NCBI GenBank assembly: GCA_951406725.2
Contig: OX597818.1
Coordinates: 82,522,001 to 82,586,000 of the forward strand
DNA from: Octopus vulgaris
Taxonomy: Eukaryota
Reading direction: 5' to 3'
DNA: 64,000 nucleotides
The position numbers were made by a program, and so were the translations under genes. The notes beneath the pieces are model-generated. The model saw only the letters and a program-made list of their open reading frames with translations, did no database searches and was not told the origin of the DNA. The first letter of the stretch is position 1; the number at the start of each line of letters is the position of its first letter. This document shows, one piece after another, positions 27,766 to 41,333 of this stretch.

Positions 27766-29461
27766 ATGATCAATTAAAGCCAGTCCAGCAGAATCTTTTA
27801 TAAATTATAAACTTATTTAAAATTGTACCATTTTATAATGTATAATAATCCAATACATATATCTATACTTGAAATAATTCGATTATATATTATGATTCAA
27901 AACACATTTTCCTGATATTTACACAGCTTTATACGTTTAATACAATCAAAGAATACTGATATTCAGCCGCAGCCATTCACTCTTTTGACAAAATTATTTT
28001 CTCGAGGCCTATATAATCCTAAATGTTTTGTAAGCTACGACCGTATACTTATGACAAATATCAAAAGATTGTTCCTTTTCATATAGTTCTAGTACTAATC
28101 ATATACATTAGCGTCTAAATTTGTTAAAGTGTATATTGTTCTTTCCGTAGTGGTGTTGTTATTACGCTCTCTGTGAAACAGTGAAGCTTTGTGCGATTCA
28201 GATACTGGAAAGTTTTGTTTCGTTTAGTGTTTTACTAGTATATTGAAAGTATGCTATAAGCGCAGGCGTGGTTGTGTGGTTGGGAAGTCCACGTTCCAAT
28301 CACGTGGTTTCTGGTTGAGTGCAACTGAGCGATAGTTTAGGAAAGTATTTTCTTATATAGCACCAAGCCAATCAATGCATGGTGAATGTATTTCCTTCTA
28401 TTGCAGTAGAAGCTCGTTACACACACGCACACATACAGACACACACACATACACACCCACACACACCCACACCACGCGTGCATAAATATTTATGTAAAAA
28501 ACAGAAAAAACAAAAACAAAAAGAATGGATATTATACAGTTACTGAGGATGACAAATCTTTCGGATACGCATTGGCGGAGATTTAGTTCCATATTTCAAT
28601 CATAATCGATCAGTACATAGTCGACCGACTAAAATAATAGAGTACAACCATCATTCGCAATCCTTTTCAGAGTCACACCTGTGACTCCTGAATGCTTCCA
28701 TTGCATATCCAAAATATTTGTAAACCTCGATCTGTATAATAACCTACTCGTGCTTTTGCCCGTTATACTTTAGTTAGTTACTGAAGTGGAGGTGGAGTAA
28801 AAGTGTGTGTGTGAGAGAAGGAGAGTAAAAGTCTCTGTGTGAGTAGAGAAGAAAGATGTGAGGAAAAAATAGAGATAAAGGTATAATAAGGCAAAATGCG
28901 TTATGTAGTTAGTTGAAGGGAAAGGTGAAGAGCGAGAGAAAGCAACAATGAGAGAGAAAGAGGGAGGGGAAAGTATTAACGACGTGCTGTAGGATGGGGA
29001 GTGAAGGTAAAAAGAAAGAGATATGTTTAGGATACAATATTTAGTAGGGGGTAATACTCTGGTGGTGAGGTTAAAATAATGCAGATAAAGAGAGAAGGGC
29101 AGTTACATTAAAAGTGAGACACAGAGAGCGTTATTGTTTCTTTCTTAAACAGCTTCTCTTAATTTTTTCATTCTGTTGAACTTCTACTGGCCCCACTAGT
29201 AAATCCATAAAATCCATTGTTTTGTGTGTATTTTCTATATCACTCAGTAGCAAGGTAGCAATTTAACAGATTTATAAATTTGACTGATGACGTGTTTTGA
29301 AGTGGAACTACCTGAATTCCAACATCCGTCACAGGATTTATTTGTTTGTCTAATACATCTTTATCTATAGAAAGGTTATGAAATATTCCGCTACGTGGAT
29401 TATTAATCCCATATTAATCTCTCTTTGATTATATGATCTGATATACATATACATACATATA

Positions 29462-29562
<101 letters not shown>

Positions 29563-30394
29563 ATACATACATACATACATACATACATACATACATACAG
29601 ATACATTTATAAACAATGTATTATTAAGAAGCTCAGAGAAAGAAAGTGTAGTGAGTTTACGTATATATTTTTATGTATACTTACACACCCATATGACTCC
29701 ACACCCATACTCATATGTATGTATGTATGCTGATGTGTGTCTTTGTTTCTGTTTTTTGTCACCCTTCGCTTTACAAATTGTCTTGTTTTATTTACGTCCC
29801 TGTAACTTAGCGATTTGGCAAAAGAAACTGATAGAATAAGTACTAGACTTATGAAAAGGAAACGAATAACTACTGAGGAAGATTTGTTGACTACGATTAT
29901 TAATAAGCGGGTAACCTGCCTTGTTACACCCAAGTTTCGAAAAAAATAAAAGAAACGTCTGTTGATCTATTCCTCACAGCCACTTCTTATTTTACTTTAT
30001 ATCTTTCAGGTTACAAAATTTCTCCTCTGCTACCACCAAACCTTCTGATTTTATTTTCTACTCCATCTCGTATACTATTTCCACTACTTCTCTCTGGCAT
30101 TACCATTTCTCCTTCATATCTCTTGACATTATTTTCATTCGTCATCTGCAATATTGCAACCAACGTGATAACACTTATCTATTTTCCCCAGTTTCAGGCG
30201 AAGGCTAAAAGCTAGGAACGTTAGCTTATTTTGGTTCTCAAGAGATAACAATCAACCGAACTCCTCTATACCTCTGCATTGGTTGACACATCGATTAGAA
30301 AACATTTCTTTATGCCCTGGTAGTGTTATTTTATGTATACAAGTATCCAGTCGATTTTCCTTAATCTCCTTGTTTGAAGAAATTGGCATGTCCC

Positions 30395-30830
30395 AGAGAT
30401 AGAAACAATGTGATTGATTGTTTCCACACAACCTTGACATATATTTCATATCTAAAAAGTTAGTTTTGTATTCTGTTTCATTCTATATTCTTGATAGTTC
30501 CTGGTAGTCTTGTGTCTCGTCGTAAAATTCCGATGCTTCGCAGCCAGTGCTGACTTTTGTTTTATCCAAATTCTTAATAGATATTTGCTTTCTGACTAAC
30601 AATCTTAGAATGACAAATGATAATACGATTTTCAGTTTTGTAATGTTTTGTAGTATTTTTTAAAAAGTAATTTTTCTAGTTTTCTTTTTATCCTCCGACA
30701 TATCTGTCTGTTACACGAAACGTTGTTCATATTTGTTAACTTCCATTATAACAGAAAACTCTTGACTTTGTCTCCATGTTTTGTAGCTATCTGATTGTTT
30801 TGTTGTTCTATAGTAGATATACAAAGCCAT
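30395..30830 (-). pseudogene. R4/Dong-clade retrotransposon fragment (zinc-knuckle region)
   Basis: Minus translation SQHWLRS..TTRNYQEYRMK...CQGCVETINHIVS matches WL......TRNY...C..C...ET..HI.S of R4/Dong. Confidence 0.65.
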
Positions 30831-32307
30831 CAAAAGGAAAAAATGAGTAGTACCTGTATTTCAAAGAGCCTGCCATGCCATACTGTATATCATGCTGAAT
30901 CTTCATGAGAACTATGTTAACGGTCCGCGAATCTGTGAATTGCTCAACCTCCCGCACATTAATATCAGGAGCGGGTTGTTCCGTCGAGTGGATCAACTGA
31001 AAGCCTCATCGTCATAACTTATGGAGTGCCAGTTGTTCCATAAATCTTTTCTAATCCCTACTGTTAGAAGGATCATGACGTAGAGTTCTCAGTCACTTCA
31101 TCCATAGGGTCCTGTCAGAAGCAACCGTTATTTAATATGATAAATGCGTAAACTAATTTCTGTGTGTCAGTGTGTCTCACTTCAAATCCCTCTCTCATTA
31201 TTTATTGACACTCCTACTATTAATAATGTTTGGTTGCGAGTAATGGTGGGCATAGAGATGGTAGTAGATTGACGGTTGTGATGATAATGGGGTGATAGTA
31301 ATAGGATGAGCTGTAGTTGTGATAGAGACCGAGGCGACGTTGATGGTTGTAGTAGTGGTGGTAACTGAAGCAGTCAGGGACAATGGTGAAAGTAAGTGAT
31401 GTGAAAGGGAGTGGCGATGGTGGTGGTGGGGAAGGCGGCAGAGTCAAAGGTATTGATAGTGATGGCGTCAGAAGTCTGAATGGTGTGTGTATGGCGGTTG
31501 TGGTGGCGATGGTGGTGGTACTGGTGATGGTAATGGTTGGAAACAATCAACAAAGAAAGAGGGAGAGAGAGAGAGAGATAAAGAAAGAAAAAAAGAAAGA
31601 AATAAAGAAATAAAGAAAGAGGTTAGACAGAAAAAATGTTGTTTATCATGCAGCTTTGTAATAAGTTCCAAGTCGACAAATTATATCATTGCTTTGATGA
31701 CAATTGTTCATTGCTTGAAAAATATTGGTCAAGTTTAATAAAATTTAATATGTACTCAATGCATGAAGTGTCATTGTTGGGCTCAAGGCCCAATGAAGAG
31801 CCCTTCACAGGAGCTAGCTTAATAGCCGTCTGACTCGTCATTTCCTCCAAAATTGTTGCCCTTGTTGAAAAATGTGAAACCGTTATTATACAAATAAATA
31901 CATGTGAATATATACAATTCCAATATATATCAATATGCTCCCAGGCTAACGTACGGACGAACATGCACGGGCACACTCACACATAATTATAAACACACAC
32001 ACATACGAGAATTCAAGAACAGACAACGACACACACGTGCAACGGCATTTCAACGCGCGCGCACACACACAAACACACACACACATAGACACACACAAGC
32101 ACGCACAGACACGTGCGCAGGAAAACTCAGACGCAAGAACGTTACTCCAAAGGCTGAATTCCCAAAAGTGGCCAACTGAAACTACGGATATTATGCTCCG
32201 GTCTTGTTCTTGATGTACCCCAAGGCCTCCTGTCGATTGTGTCGGCTTCAATAATGTACCTTGCGATTCTTTCTTTCGATATTCTAATCGTTCGTACTAC
32301 GGAAACT

Positions 32308-32554
32308 AGGTAAAGTTATCTCTTGAGTCAAAAGTGACTCATAGGGGCCGGTTTCCCGTTTTCAGAGCCTATATATTCTCCGCTTTGACCGGACGCCGGT
32401 CTGTTGTAGGATCACTCATTTTTGCTAGCTGGGTGGAGCAACGTGAAATGAAGAGCCTTGCTCGCGAACACAACTCGTCGGCCGGTCCACGAATCGAGAT
32501 CACAATCTTGTGATCATGAGTCCAACACCCTAACCACTAAACCACTTGCCTCCA
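32308..32554 (-). mobile_element. SINE family B
   Basis: Reverse complement of the copy at 32730-32980; tRNA head tggaggcaagtggtttagtggttagggtgttgg. Confidence 0.85.
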
Positions 32555-32729
32555 CACTACCGAAACAATAACTTCGCAATTCAGAGAAGTAGCATCTTGA
32601 CCTGCGGAGACTTCTTGATCTCTGCGCTACACAACATGTCAAGTAACGTTACCACTAAGCCCCTTCCGAGGGATCTATATCTGCCAATTCAATATTCCGG
32701 TATTGACTGAAAAAATATGATGAACAAAA

Positions 32730-32980
32730 TGGAGGCGCATGGTTTAGTGGTTAGGGTGTTGCACTCAAGATCTTAAGATTGTGGTTTCGATTCCTAGACC
32801 GGGTAACATGTTGTGTTCTTGAGCAACCCATTGCATTTCACGTTGCTCCAGTCCACTCAGCTGGCAAAAATCAGTAATCCTACTACAGAACGACGTCCCG
32901 TCCAGCTGGGTAATATATACGCCATAGAAGCCGGTAATTCGGCTCTTATGCGTTCGCATGACGTGAGAAGGTAGCTTTTT
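32730..32980 (+). mobile_element. SINE family B
   Basis: tggtttagtggttagggtgttgcactcaagatcttaagattgtggtttcgattcc plus ttgtgttcttgagcaa..tttcacgttgctccagtccactcagctg. Confidence 0.85.
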
Positions 32981-33191
32981 AAGATGTTCAAATTTTGTTC
33001 TGGTTATTAAACAACATTTATAACTATAGGTGGGAAAATACACTAAAACCAAATTGAAGATAGGAACTTTGGCCTTTTTTTACCAAACCTCTTCTGTGTA
33101 GATTTAATAAAAGTTATATTGGCTATATAATTACTCCGTCGGCGTTAGAAAAGTGCTCTCACGTGACTAAGAGTTGTTTCGACGGAATAAT

Positions 33192-33243
33192 GGGTCACTG
33201 ACGAAGATTTACAAAAAATCTGAAATCAGCGTTGATATGATTC
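33192..33243 (+). ncRNA. Type I hammerhead ribozyme (Penelope/retrozyme type)
   Basis: gggtca-CTGACGA-agattt(acaaa)aaatct-GAAA-tcagcgttga-TA-tgattc: all core nucleotides present, stems I and II pair, stem III near-palindromic; predicted cleavage after 33237. Confidence 0.8.
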
Positions 33244-33490
33244 CATCTCGCTAGCTATAGGGGGATTATCTCCCTTGTCAGTCATTAGAAAAGTGATCCC
33301 ACATGTCTACGAGTTGTTTTCAATATTATTTCTAGCAATACTGGTACTGACTCACTTTATTGACGATTATACTTGTCTTTCGGTTGTAAATTGCAAATAG
33401 CCATCTTAACAATATATATAAGCAAGAAAATTATAAATCTTTTTACGAAGCACGTAGCGTAGAAGTCGAACCTGAGGCGCCGGACAAATA

Positions 33491-33752
33491 CAGTGGATAG
33501 AATGGAAAAAGTTCAAATGAGGCAGATTACTATTAGCATACATATATACGGGTTTTGTTAAGATAAAATAAGGATTAAGCGAACTGAAACATATATTGAT
33601 GTATTAAAGATATAAGAATATATAAGAATATATCTCTAATATATCAATATCTGTTGCAGTTCGGACAATCCTTATTTTATCTTTACTAAACCTGTATATG
33701 TATGTGTTAATCGTAGTCTGTCTGATTTGAATTTTTTCCATTCTATCCACTA
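33491..33752. mobile_element. Foldback MITE, Tc1/mariner-like ends
   Basis: ~120-bp imperfect arms (cagtggatagaatggaaaaa.. / ..ttttttccattctatccacta) with a ~14-bp spacer; TA precedes the CAGTGG end. Confidence 0.8.
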
Positions 33753-34474
33753 CACACACACACGCACGCACGCACACACACGCACGCACACACACACACG
33801 CACACACACACAGAAACACAGACACACACACACATACACAAATGTTTGTTCATATAGTTTTGTTCATTGCAATGTCCTGTGTTCCGTGGTTCCAATAGCC
33901 GTACACCGATTCTTCTATGTGGTCCTAATATGCCACAGACTCGTAATATGTGTCTTCATACATTTCTCGAAAAAGAATTACCAAGAAATTGATTTCGGAA
34001 TCATTTTCGTATAATGTATTATTAGGTTGCTTTTCTTTTTTCCCTCTTTAGTTCCCTTCATTTCTCTGTTAACACTATCCCTGAACCGAACGAGCGCCAT
34101 AAACTATATTTTGTGTAAAGTTTACTCAACATCTTACGTAATATATTGGGAATTGATGCAACTTTTCCGTGTTTCAGGAGGTTAGAAATTGTTAAAACGT
34201 CTTGCAAAAATAATCTGAGAAAGATTTCTGAGCTGTTGTTGCTGATTTTCACAGTCAATTGATATATGGATTTACCTACATTTTATTTTCAAAGCACCTG
34301 CTTGTGTAAGTGACTTCTCTTCTCTATGAAAATGTCGTATTTCCGTTTCCATCTCTTCAATCATAGATCTCTGTATTTTTTAAAAATATTTTAATCTTGT
34401 TTGTCACAAACATGTAAGCGAAATTACATACACAAGTATAGGCAAATGTTTGTGTGCGTGTATGTATATATATG

Positions 34475-34562
<88 letters not shown>

Positions 34563-35029
34563 TATATAGACATACATATATATATATATATATATTTATA
34601 TATACGAATATATATATATATATTTGTGCGTTGGCACGTATTCCCACAGAGACATAAACACAGGCACAGATACAGACATGCACACACACAAACACACAGA
34701 CACAGACACAGACAAACATACACACACACACACACACACATATATGACAATCATGAAAAAGTGACAGAGATCGGCAAACATATGCAACAGACCATATATT
34801 CTCATAAGTACAAATGCATGTGTGAGTTTGCACATGCACACGCATTTTGTGTATTTCTTTCGTAAGCAGAAAGCCGCTATTGACAGAATAACGTACTGTT
34901 AGAATACAGATTCTTAGTTTGGTCGTTTGTGATCGGGTTCACATCCGGTGACACAATTCAATCTGTAGTATGTGTTTTTGTGTGTGCGTGTGTGTGTGTG
35001 TGTGCGGATGTGTGAGTGAGTGTACATAT

Positions 35030-35224
35030 ATTGGTTACAACTTTTTGGCATAAGGCCAGCAATTTCGAGAAAGAAGATAAGTCGATTACATTGTTAGCAG
35101 TGCTGAACTGCAACTTCTTTTATCGACCCCAAGAAGATGAAAGGCCACGTGGACCACGGCGGAAATTGAACTCAGAACATAAAGAATTTTTGTCTGACGT
35201 GCTAACGATTCTTCTAGTTCGCCA
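35030..35224 (-). mobile_element. SINE family E
   Basis: ttttggcataaggccagcaattt..ttttatcgaccccaagaagatgaaagg..ttgaactcagaac..gtgctaacgattc. Confidence 0.75.
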
Positions 35225-35932
35225 ACTTCTTATATTTATATATTGGAATTGGTACTCGAAGTACATATGATGATACAAATAACAGCATGTAAATATTGGG
35301 TTGTAAATCCAATTTATATAGAAAACATTTAATGCTGCCAGTGGGACTCGAACCTGTATTTCCTGTAGACATGATATATGTTGTCCCATTGTAACAAAGC
35401 AATACTTTGAATTTCTCCATCCATTATATAGATTTATTCATATCAGCAAGAGTTGTAAGTACTTCACGTAATAAGAATCTATAAACTTTTTATAAAAATT
35501 CTCTTATGAAATTTATCGAATATTTGAACCTTTATGAATTTCTATGTCTGTAAACCTTATTGAATATTTAAATTTCTATGAACATTTGTTCGATGAGCAT
35601 ACTTCAATTGAATCAAATTTTCTTATATGTATTCGTATTTATGTAAACTTCTGTATTATATATTTATTTACATTTAAAATCATTAATCGCTCGTGAAACC
35701 GGTATTATTTTAACAGATATAATGCAATGAAAGAAAGTACAATTTATGTTAAGTTTCAGGTAGTTTTTCAAATAAATACCACCTCTAATATTTTTACGTG
35801 TGGAGAAGTAAACTTCATATATATATATACATACGTACATACATACATACATACATACATAAATACATACAAACATACATACACACACACACACCTACAC
35901 ACACAAGGACACACATATATATAAATATATCT

Positions 35933-36115
35933 CTTTATTCTTTTATTCTTTTATTTGTTTCAGTCATTTGACTGCAGCCATATTAGAGCACCGCCTTTAG
36001 TCGAGCAAATCGATCCCAGGACTTATTCTTTGTAAGCCTAGTACTTATTCTATCGAACCGCTAAGTGGTGGGGACGTAAACACACCAGCATCGGTCGTCA
36101 AGCGATTTGGGAGGA
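35933..36115 (-). mobile_element. SINE family D, 3' half
   Basis: tttgtttcagtcatttgactgcagccat..gagcaccgcctttagtcgagcaaatcga matches the 50488 and 55020 copies. Confidence 0.8.
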
Positions 36116-36942
36116 CATTACTAATTAACATCTTAGAAACAGCTGTAAGACCAACTATCTATAAGTGCTCTAATATCTATACGACCTTGTTTTTTATCTT
36201 ATTACGCCAAAAATTCTTATAGACACAAAAACATATACATACACACACACACTTATATATATATACATATATAAAGTTTTCTTGCGGAGTATTAGGGGAG
36301 TGAACAAACAAAACAAGACAAAACAAAAGAAGCAAAACGACAATGAGTGTGATTTAGGATGATGGACAAGGACGAACAGTGGAATAAAATACGGCCCTGG
36401 GGCCAAGGACATGAGAATACTGAGTAACGCTTAGAAAATATCTTGAAGGATAGAGAACGAACAGAGAATTTGCGACTGGTCAGCTCCAGACCCTATCTGT
36501 TATTTATTTATTTGTATTCGTATATGCACAATTTCCACCCCCGTGTATTGTGTAGACGAAAGGCGTTCTGTTGCTCGTGTATAATTCTAGCTTTTTCCTT
36601 TTTGTTTCTATTCTTGTTTTTGTTCCCATCTCCAACATGATGTGATACACACGGACCCGAGATTCTGGATATTAACCTGTCAGCGTGTGATAACCACCAG
36701 CTGGGGATCAGAAGTGATTTTTCAATGCAAATACATATGCTTGCTGATGTGTTTGTGTGTCTATGGTGTGTTGTTTTTGTCTTTCTTTACATCCCTATAA
36801 CAGTTCATCTATAGAAACATATTATATAGGTACTAGCTTAAAAAATGAAATCCTTGGGTCGATTTGTGCATGTAAAACCATTCAAGACGCTGCCCCAGCA
36901 TGGCTGCAGTCAAATTACTGAAACAAGTAAGGTTGAAGTAAA

Positions 36943-37021
<79 letters not shown>

Positions 37022-37023
37022 CA

Positions 37024-37223
<200 letters not shown>

Positions 37224-37294
37224 GTAGACAGATAGATAGATTGACAGACAGATATATAGATTGACAGACAGATAGATAGATAGATAGATAGATA

Positions 37295-39142
37295 TGTTTC
37301 TTTATTAGCCACACCGGGCTGCACACAGATAGAACAAATTACAAGGTAGAGCTTTTCTTTTGAAGGGTTAAAAAAAAAAAAAAAAAAAAGGGAAGGGGGA
37401 GTTTCGATCAAAAGGGATCGTAAAAGGAGAGAAAGAGGACAAAAAAAGGGGGGTTAAAAAAAGGGGGGAGGAAAAAAAATTGATCAATAGGGATCGTTAT
37501 CACAGAAATGTCAATATGAAGTGTAAAGGGGAGGACAGGTGAGGTTTACCCGTGGAAAGAAAAGCCTACGTTAAAGACCACGGTAACCTCGGTCAATGAA
37601 GTCACATTTTATATTTCTTTTTTTTTTTTTTTTTTTTTTGCAAATAAGCAACTCTCTGTTTTCGATTTCTGGGTTCATAGGACTATGCTCAAGGTGGCTT
37701 CGTCATTCATACGTGCCATTCTTGCTACATTCACCCATCTTTTTTTAAAACATTCGCTAGACAAAACTTGCCTCTCTACTCTCACTTTCCTTTTCAAGTG
37801 GTACTTGAAGAAGTTGATGAGAGATTGACCAGAGAGGAAAGTGTTTGTCTCCAATCCTTTCAGACGCGTCCACCAGATACATTCTTTCGCCATAGCCACA
37901 AGGATGATGAAAATAGCTCTTCCTTCCCGTTTGAAGGAAGGAGGCGTGACAATATTGACGATAGACTCAGCTGATAAACCGACTCGTCCCACACGTGACA
38001 GCAGTTGTTCGACACAAGCCCACAGGTCGGAAATTGTTGGACACTGAACGAGTGCGTGCAGAACGGTTTCGTCGCTCTGACCGCATCTCGGGCAGGTCGG
38101 CCCCGTGTTTCTCGAGCCGTGTCTGTAGAGCTTATCCCGAACGGGTAGCGCTTCTCGGTAGCACTGCCAGGCCAGGGATCTCTGGAAGTTGTCCATGGGC
38201 CCTGGCCCGAAAGTCGTCCTGAACAGGCGGGTCAGGTACTCCTCGTCGACGTCCAGGTTCGCCCCGAGCTCGTCGTCGTACCTCCCCTCCACTAAACCCC
38301 TATAGAATGCTTTGGTTGTGTTGAAGTCACTTAAGGTCGACCCAGGACGGCAGAGTTGCTTGAGAGCAACGCGACACTCGCGGTGCCATTCGCCTTTCCT
38401 CGGCCTCTTTTTGATCCATGACTGCAGTTCGGTCATGGAGACGAGCTGCGGGAAAGCGTGCCTCACAAACGGCGACCACACCTGTTCACCGTCGTCTACA
38501 TAGAGCCAGAGATGTCGCAGTCTCAGCGCGTGTCTGCGCATCATCAACCACGGCATGCCCAGCCCTCCTTTTAACGGGTGTTGACAGCAAATGGATCGCC
38601 TGACCATCGGGACGCATCCTTTCCACAAAAAGCGAAAGAGGATGCGTTGTAGTTTGGTGATGGTAGGGTCGGGACAAGGTACGACGGTCAGGCGGTAGTA
38701 GATGACGGACGCGATGTACGTGTTCGCCACCTCCGCTCGACCTTTTAGGGACAGTTTCCTCTCGGCCCATTGCCGGGCGAGAGTGACCACCCTACTCGTT
38801 ATTTCGTTCCAGTTCTTCTCCACTTGGAGGTCCGGACCAAACCAGACCCCGAGCAACTCAACCGGGCCGTCGGTCCAGCGTCCCACAACGGAGGCGCTAG
38901 TGGACGGCATGGGCTTGCTTCTCCAGGTGCCTAGTCGCAAGCCCACTGACTTTTCCCGGTTGATTTTCGCTCCTGTCACCGCTTCGTAGTTTTTCAGTGT
39001 CTCGCCGACCAGCTCGATGTGCTCGTGGCTAGACACTATGACGGTGACGTCGTCCGCGTATGCAGACACGCTCGTCCCGCATCCCAATTCTCGCGGGATG
39101 CCCCTTAGAGTCGCCAGCTTCCGCAGTAGTGGCTCAAGAGTC

Positions 39143-39146
<4 letters not shown>
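37295..39146 (-). mobile_element. 5'-truncated Tx1/L1-clade non-LTR retrotransposon inserted in (GATA)n
   Basis: GC-rich block with sharp edges; ORF2 3' part plus ~380-bp pyrimidine-rich 3' UTR ending aataaagaaaca; (GATA)n directly on both sides. Confidence 0.9.
37675..39146 (-). CDS. LINE ORF2 C-terminal part: RT (AYADD) plus zf-RVT/CCHC; 5'-truncated, no true start codon
   Basis: Uninterrupted ~490 codons: LEPLL..SAYADDVTV..TGAKINREKS..LLGVWFG..LSLKGRAEV..GGLGMP..LPVRDKL..CPRCGQSDETVLHALVQC, typical of L1/Tx1 ORF2. Confidence 0.9.
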
Positions 39147-39216
<70 letters not shown>

Positions 39217-39217
39217 C

Positions 39218-39480
39218 ACAAGCTGGTGTAGCCGGTAATTCCCGGGGGTAAAGATGTTCTATTGAAACGACTTATTACTCTGATACTAGAAAACAATTTC
39301 TTTATACCGTCACGAAAAAGTACAAAAAACTGTCAGTTGGAGGAGGGAGAGATTGTTGGAGGCTGGCTAGAGAGGTTTTCGGAGGTTGGCGAGAATGATT
39401 GTTGGAGGTTGTTAAGAGAGGTTGTCGGAGGTTGGCAAGAGGCAGAGACATTATTCTGCTTAGAGAAGGCATCTGGGAAA
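39218..39480 (-). mobile_element. Possible Helitron 3' fragment with degenerate ~22-bp tandem repeats
   Basis: Minus strand ccggga..accgg hairpin followed by cagCTTG|t (CTAG variant); gttggagg-type repeats at 39335-39440. Confidence 0.3.
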
Positions 39481-39515
39481 TGTATACAGGTTTATAAATA
39501 TATATACACACGTAT

Positions 39516-39547
<32 letters not shown>

Positions 39548-39607
39548 TCACACATATATGCATATATATATACATATATATATATACATATACATATATA
39601 TATATAT

Positions 39608-39952
39608 ACAACTTATAAATAAGGGCAAACGAAAAAATGTCTAATGCCGAAATTAGACACCCTGACCATAACCATATAATTTTTCACAATACGCACGCTA
39701 CTCAAAAAAGGTCGACAGAAATTTCTAAAAAATTCCATTATTACCATATCGGACCGATTTCAGGGTTAGAAATGTGGCAAAGAAATAAATGGCATACTTA
39801 TTCATACCCATGGAAGAAGCAAACACTAAGTCATGAGCACAATTAAGTACCCCAAATACATCCAAAATAGAAATTCTCCAGCCCATTTGAGAAACGTGCG
39901 ATTTGAACTGAGGCTCTCAAAGAGTGAGAGTCCGGAATTTTATCCTACATTA
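39608..39952 (+). mobile_element. Partial copy of unclassified TIR element (right end)
   Basis: 39608-39769 matches 41385-41549; ends aattttatcctacatta next to (TA)n. Confidence 0.75.
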
Positions 39953-39963
39953 AATATATATAC

Positions 39964-39998
<35 letters not shown>

Positions 39999-40034
39999 CA
40001 CATATATATATGTATATGTATATGTATATATATA

Positions 40035-40192
<158 letters not shown>

Positions 40193-40419
40193 AGAGACAA
40201 TGAAAGAGGTAGAGAGAGAAAAGTGACAAATATAGATAGATAGAAAGATAAGTTGGAAGATAGATGGAGAGGAAAACCTGAGAGGGTGAAAATATGTTTA
40301 TATGTTATACGTTTTAAAGATTAGATAATTCTGTAATAGAATATATACCTTTAGACACACACACTCTCTCTCTCACACACACACACACGCACACTCACAC
40401 ACATATATATGTTTGTATG

Positions 40420-40453
<34 letters not shown>

Positions 40454-40497
40454 TGTATGTATGTGTCTATCTATCTATCTTTCTCTCCCTCAATCTG

Positions 40498-40550
<53 letters not shown>

Positions 40551-40932
40551 TTACCGTTTGTCTTTCTGTCTGCCCTCATCTATACTTATACACATTCATG
40601 CATACATTCAGTCATAAATATATTTTCCATGAATGGAAATGGTTGAAGAATTTCAAATATTTGAAAGAAGGTAAACAAAAGCTGTTTGTGCTATTATTAA
40701 AAGCAGTTCCACAGAGGTATATGAAGATTGCTTTAGAGCAGATTTAAGTCTAAGAACGTTTCACTAGTTTATACGTCAGTTGTTTTACTGCAGGATATTT
40801 AATAAGTTTGATAATAGAATGAATGCCGCTTTATATTTCACCATAGAAGTCCAAATGTCATTGGTAGTAATATTCGTTGAGGTAAGTGGATGCATAATTT
40901 CAAAGCACTTCACACACACAAGCACACACACA

Positions 40933-41006
<74 letters not shown>

Positions 41007-41131
41007 CAAACTAACACACTTTTACGCACACAAGATCTGAGTAGGCTTTTACCCACGTGGCATCAGTTTTGACGGGAAAAATATAGTAGAATACTTTTAC
41101 CAGGCACATCGTATGCATATATATATATATA

Positions 41132-41310
41132 TCACGCTAAGAATGGCTGAAGCATGGAATAAACTACACGCATCAGTTGTTAGCTGTCGAGAAACTCAAT
41201 CCTTCAAATCTTCCATGCTTCCTGTAATCCACGAACAGGACACCTGTTTTTATTTTTATTTATTTTTTTTTAGTTACACTGCACCTGAGCACTGTATACA
41301 ACTATTTATA
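41132..41310 (+). mobile_element. CR1-like LINE 3' end fragment
   Basis: TLRMAEAWNKLHASVVSCRETQSFKSS matches the R....WN.LP..VV......SFK CR1 terminus. Confidence 0.65.
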
Positions 41311-41333
41311 TCATTATATCATTATATCATTAT

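Noticed and set aside
31200-31620. Thr/Pro-rich and Gly/Val-rich ORFs
   Set aside because: Degenerate (GGT/GAT)n low-complexity DNA.
39147-39219. N-terminal MYLSIYLSI.. of the 514-aa ORF
   Set aside because: Read-through of the (GATA)n array; the element is 5'-truncated and has no real start.
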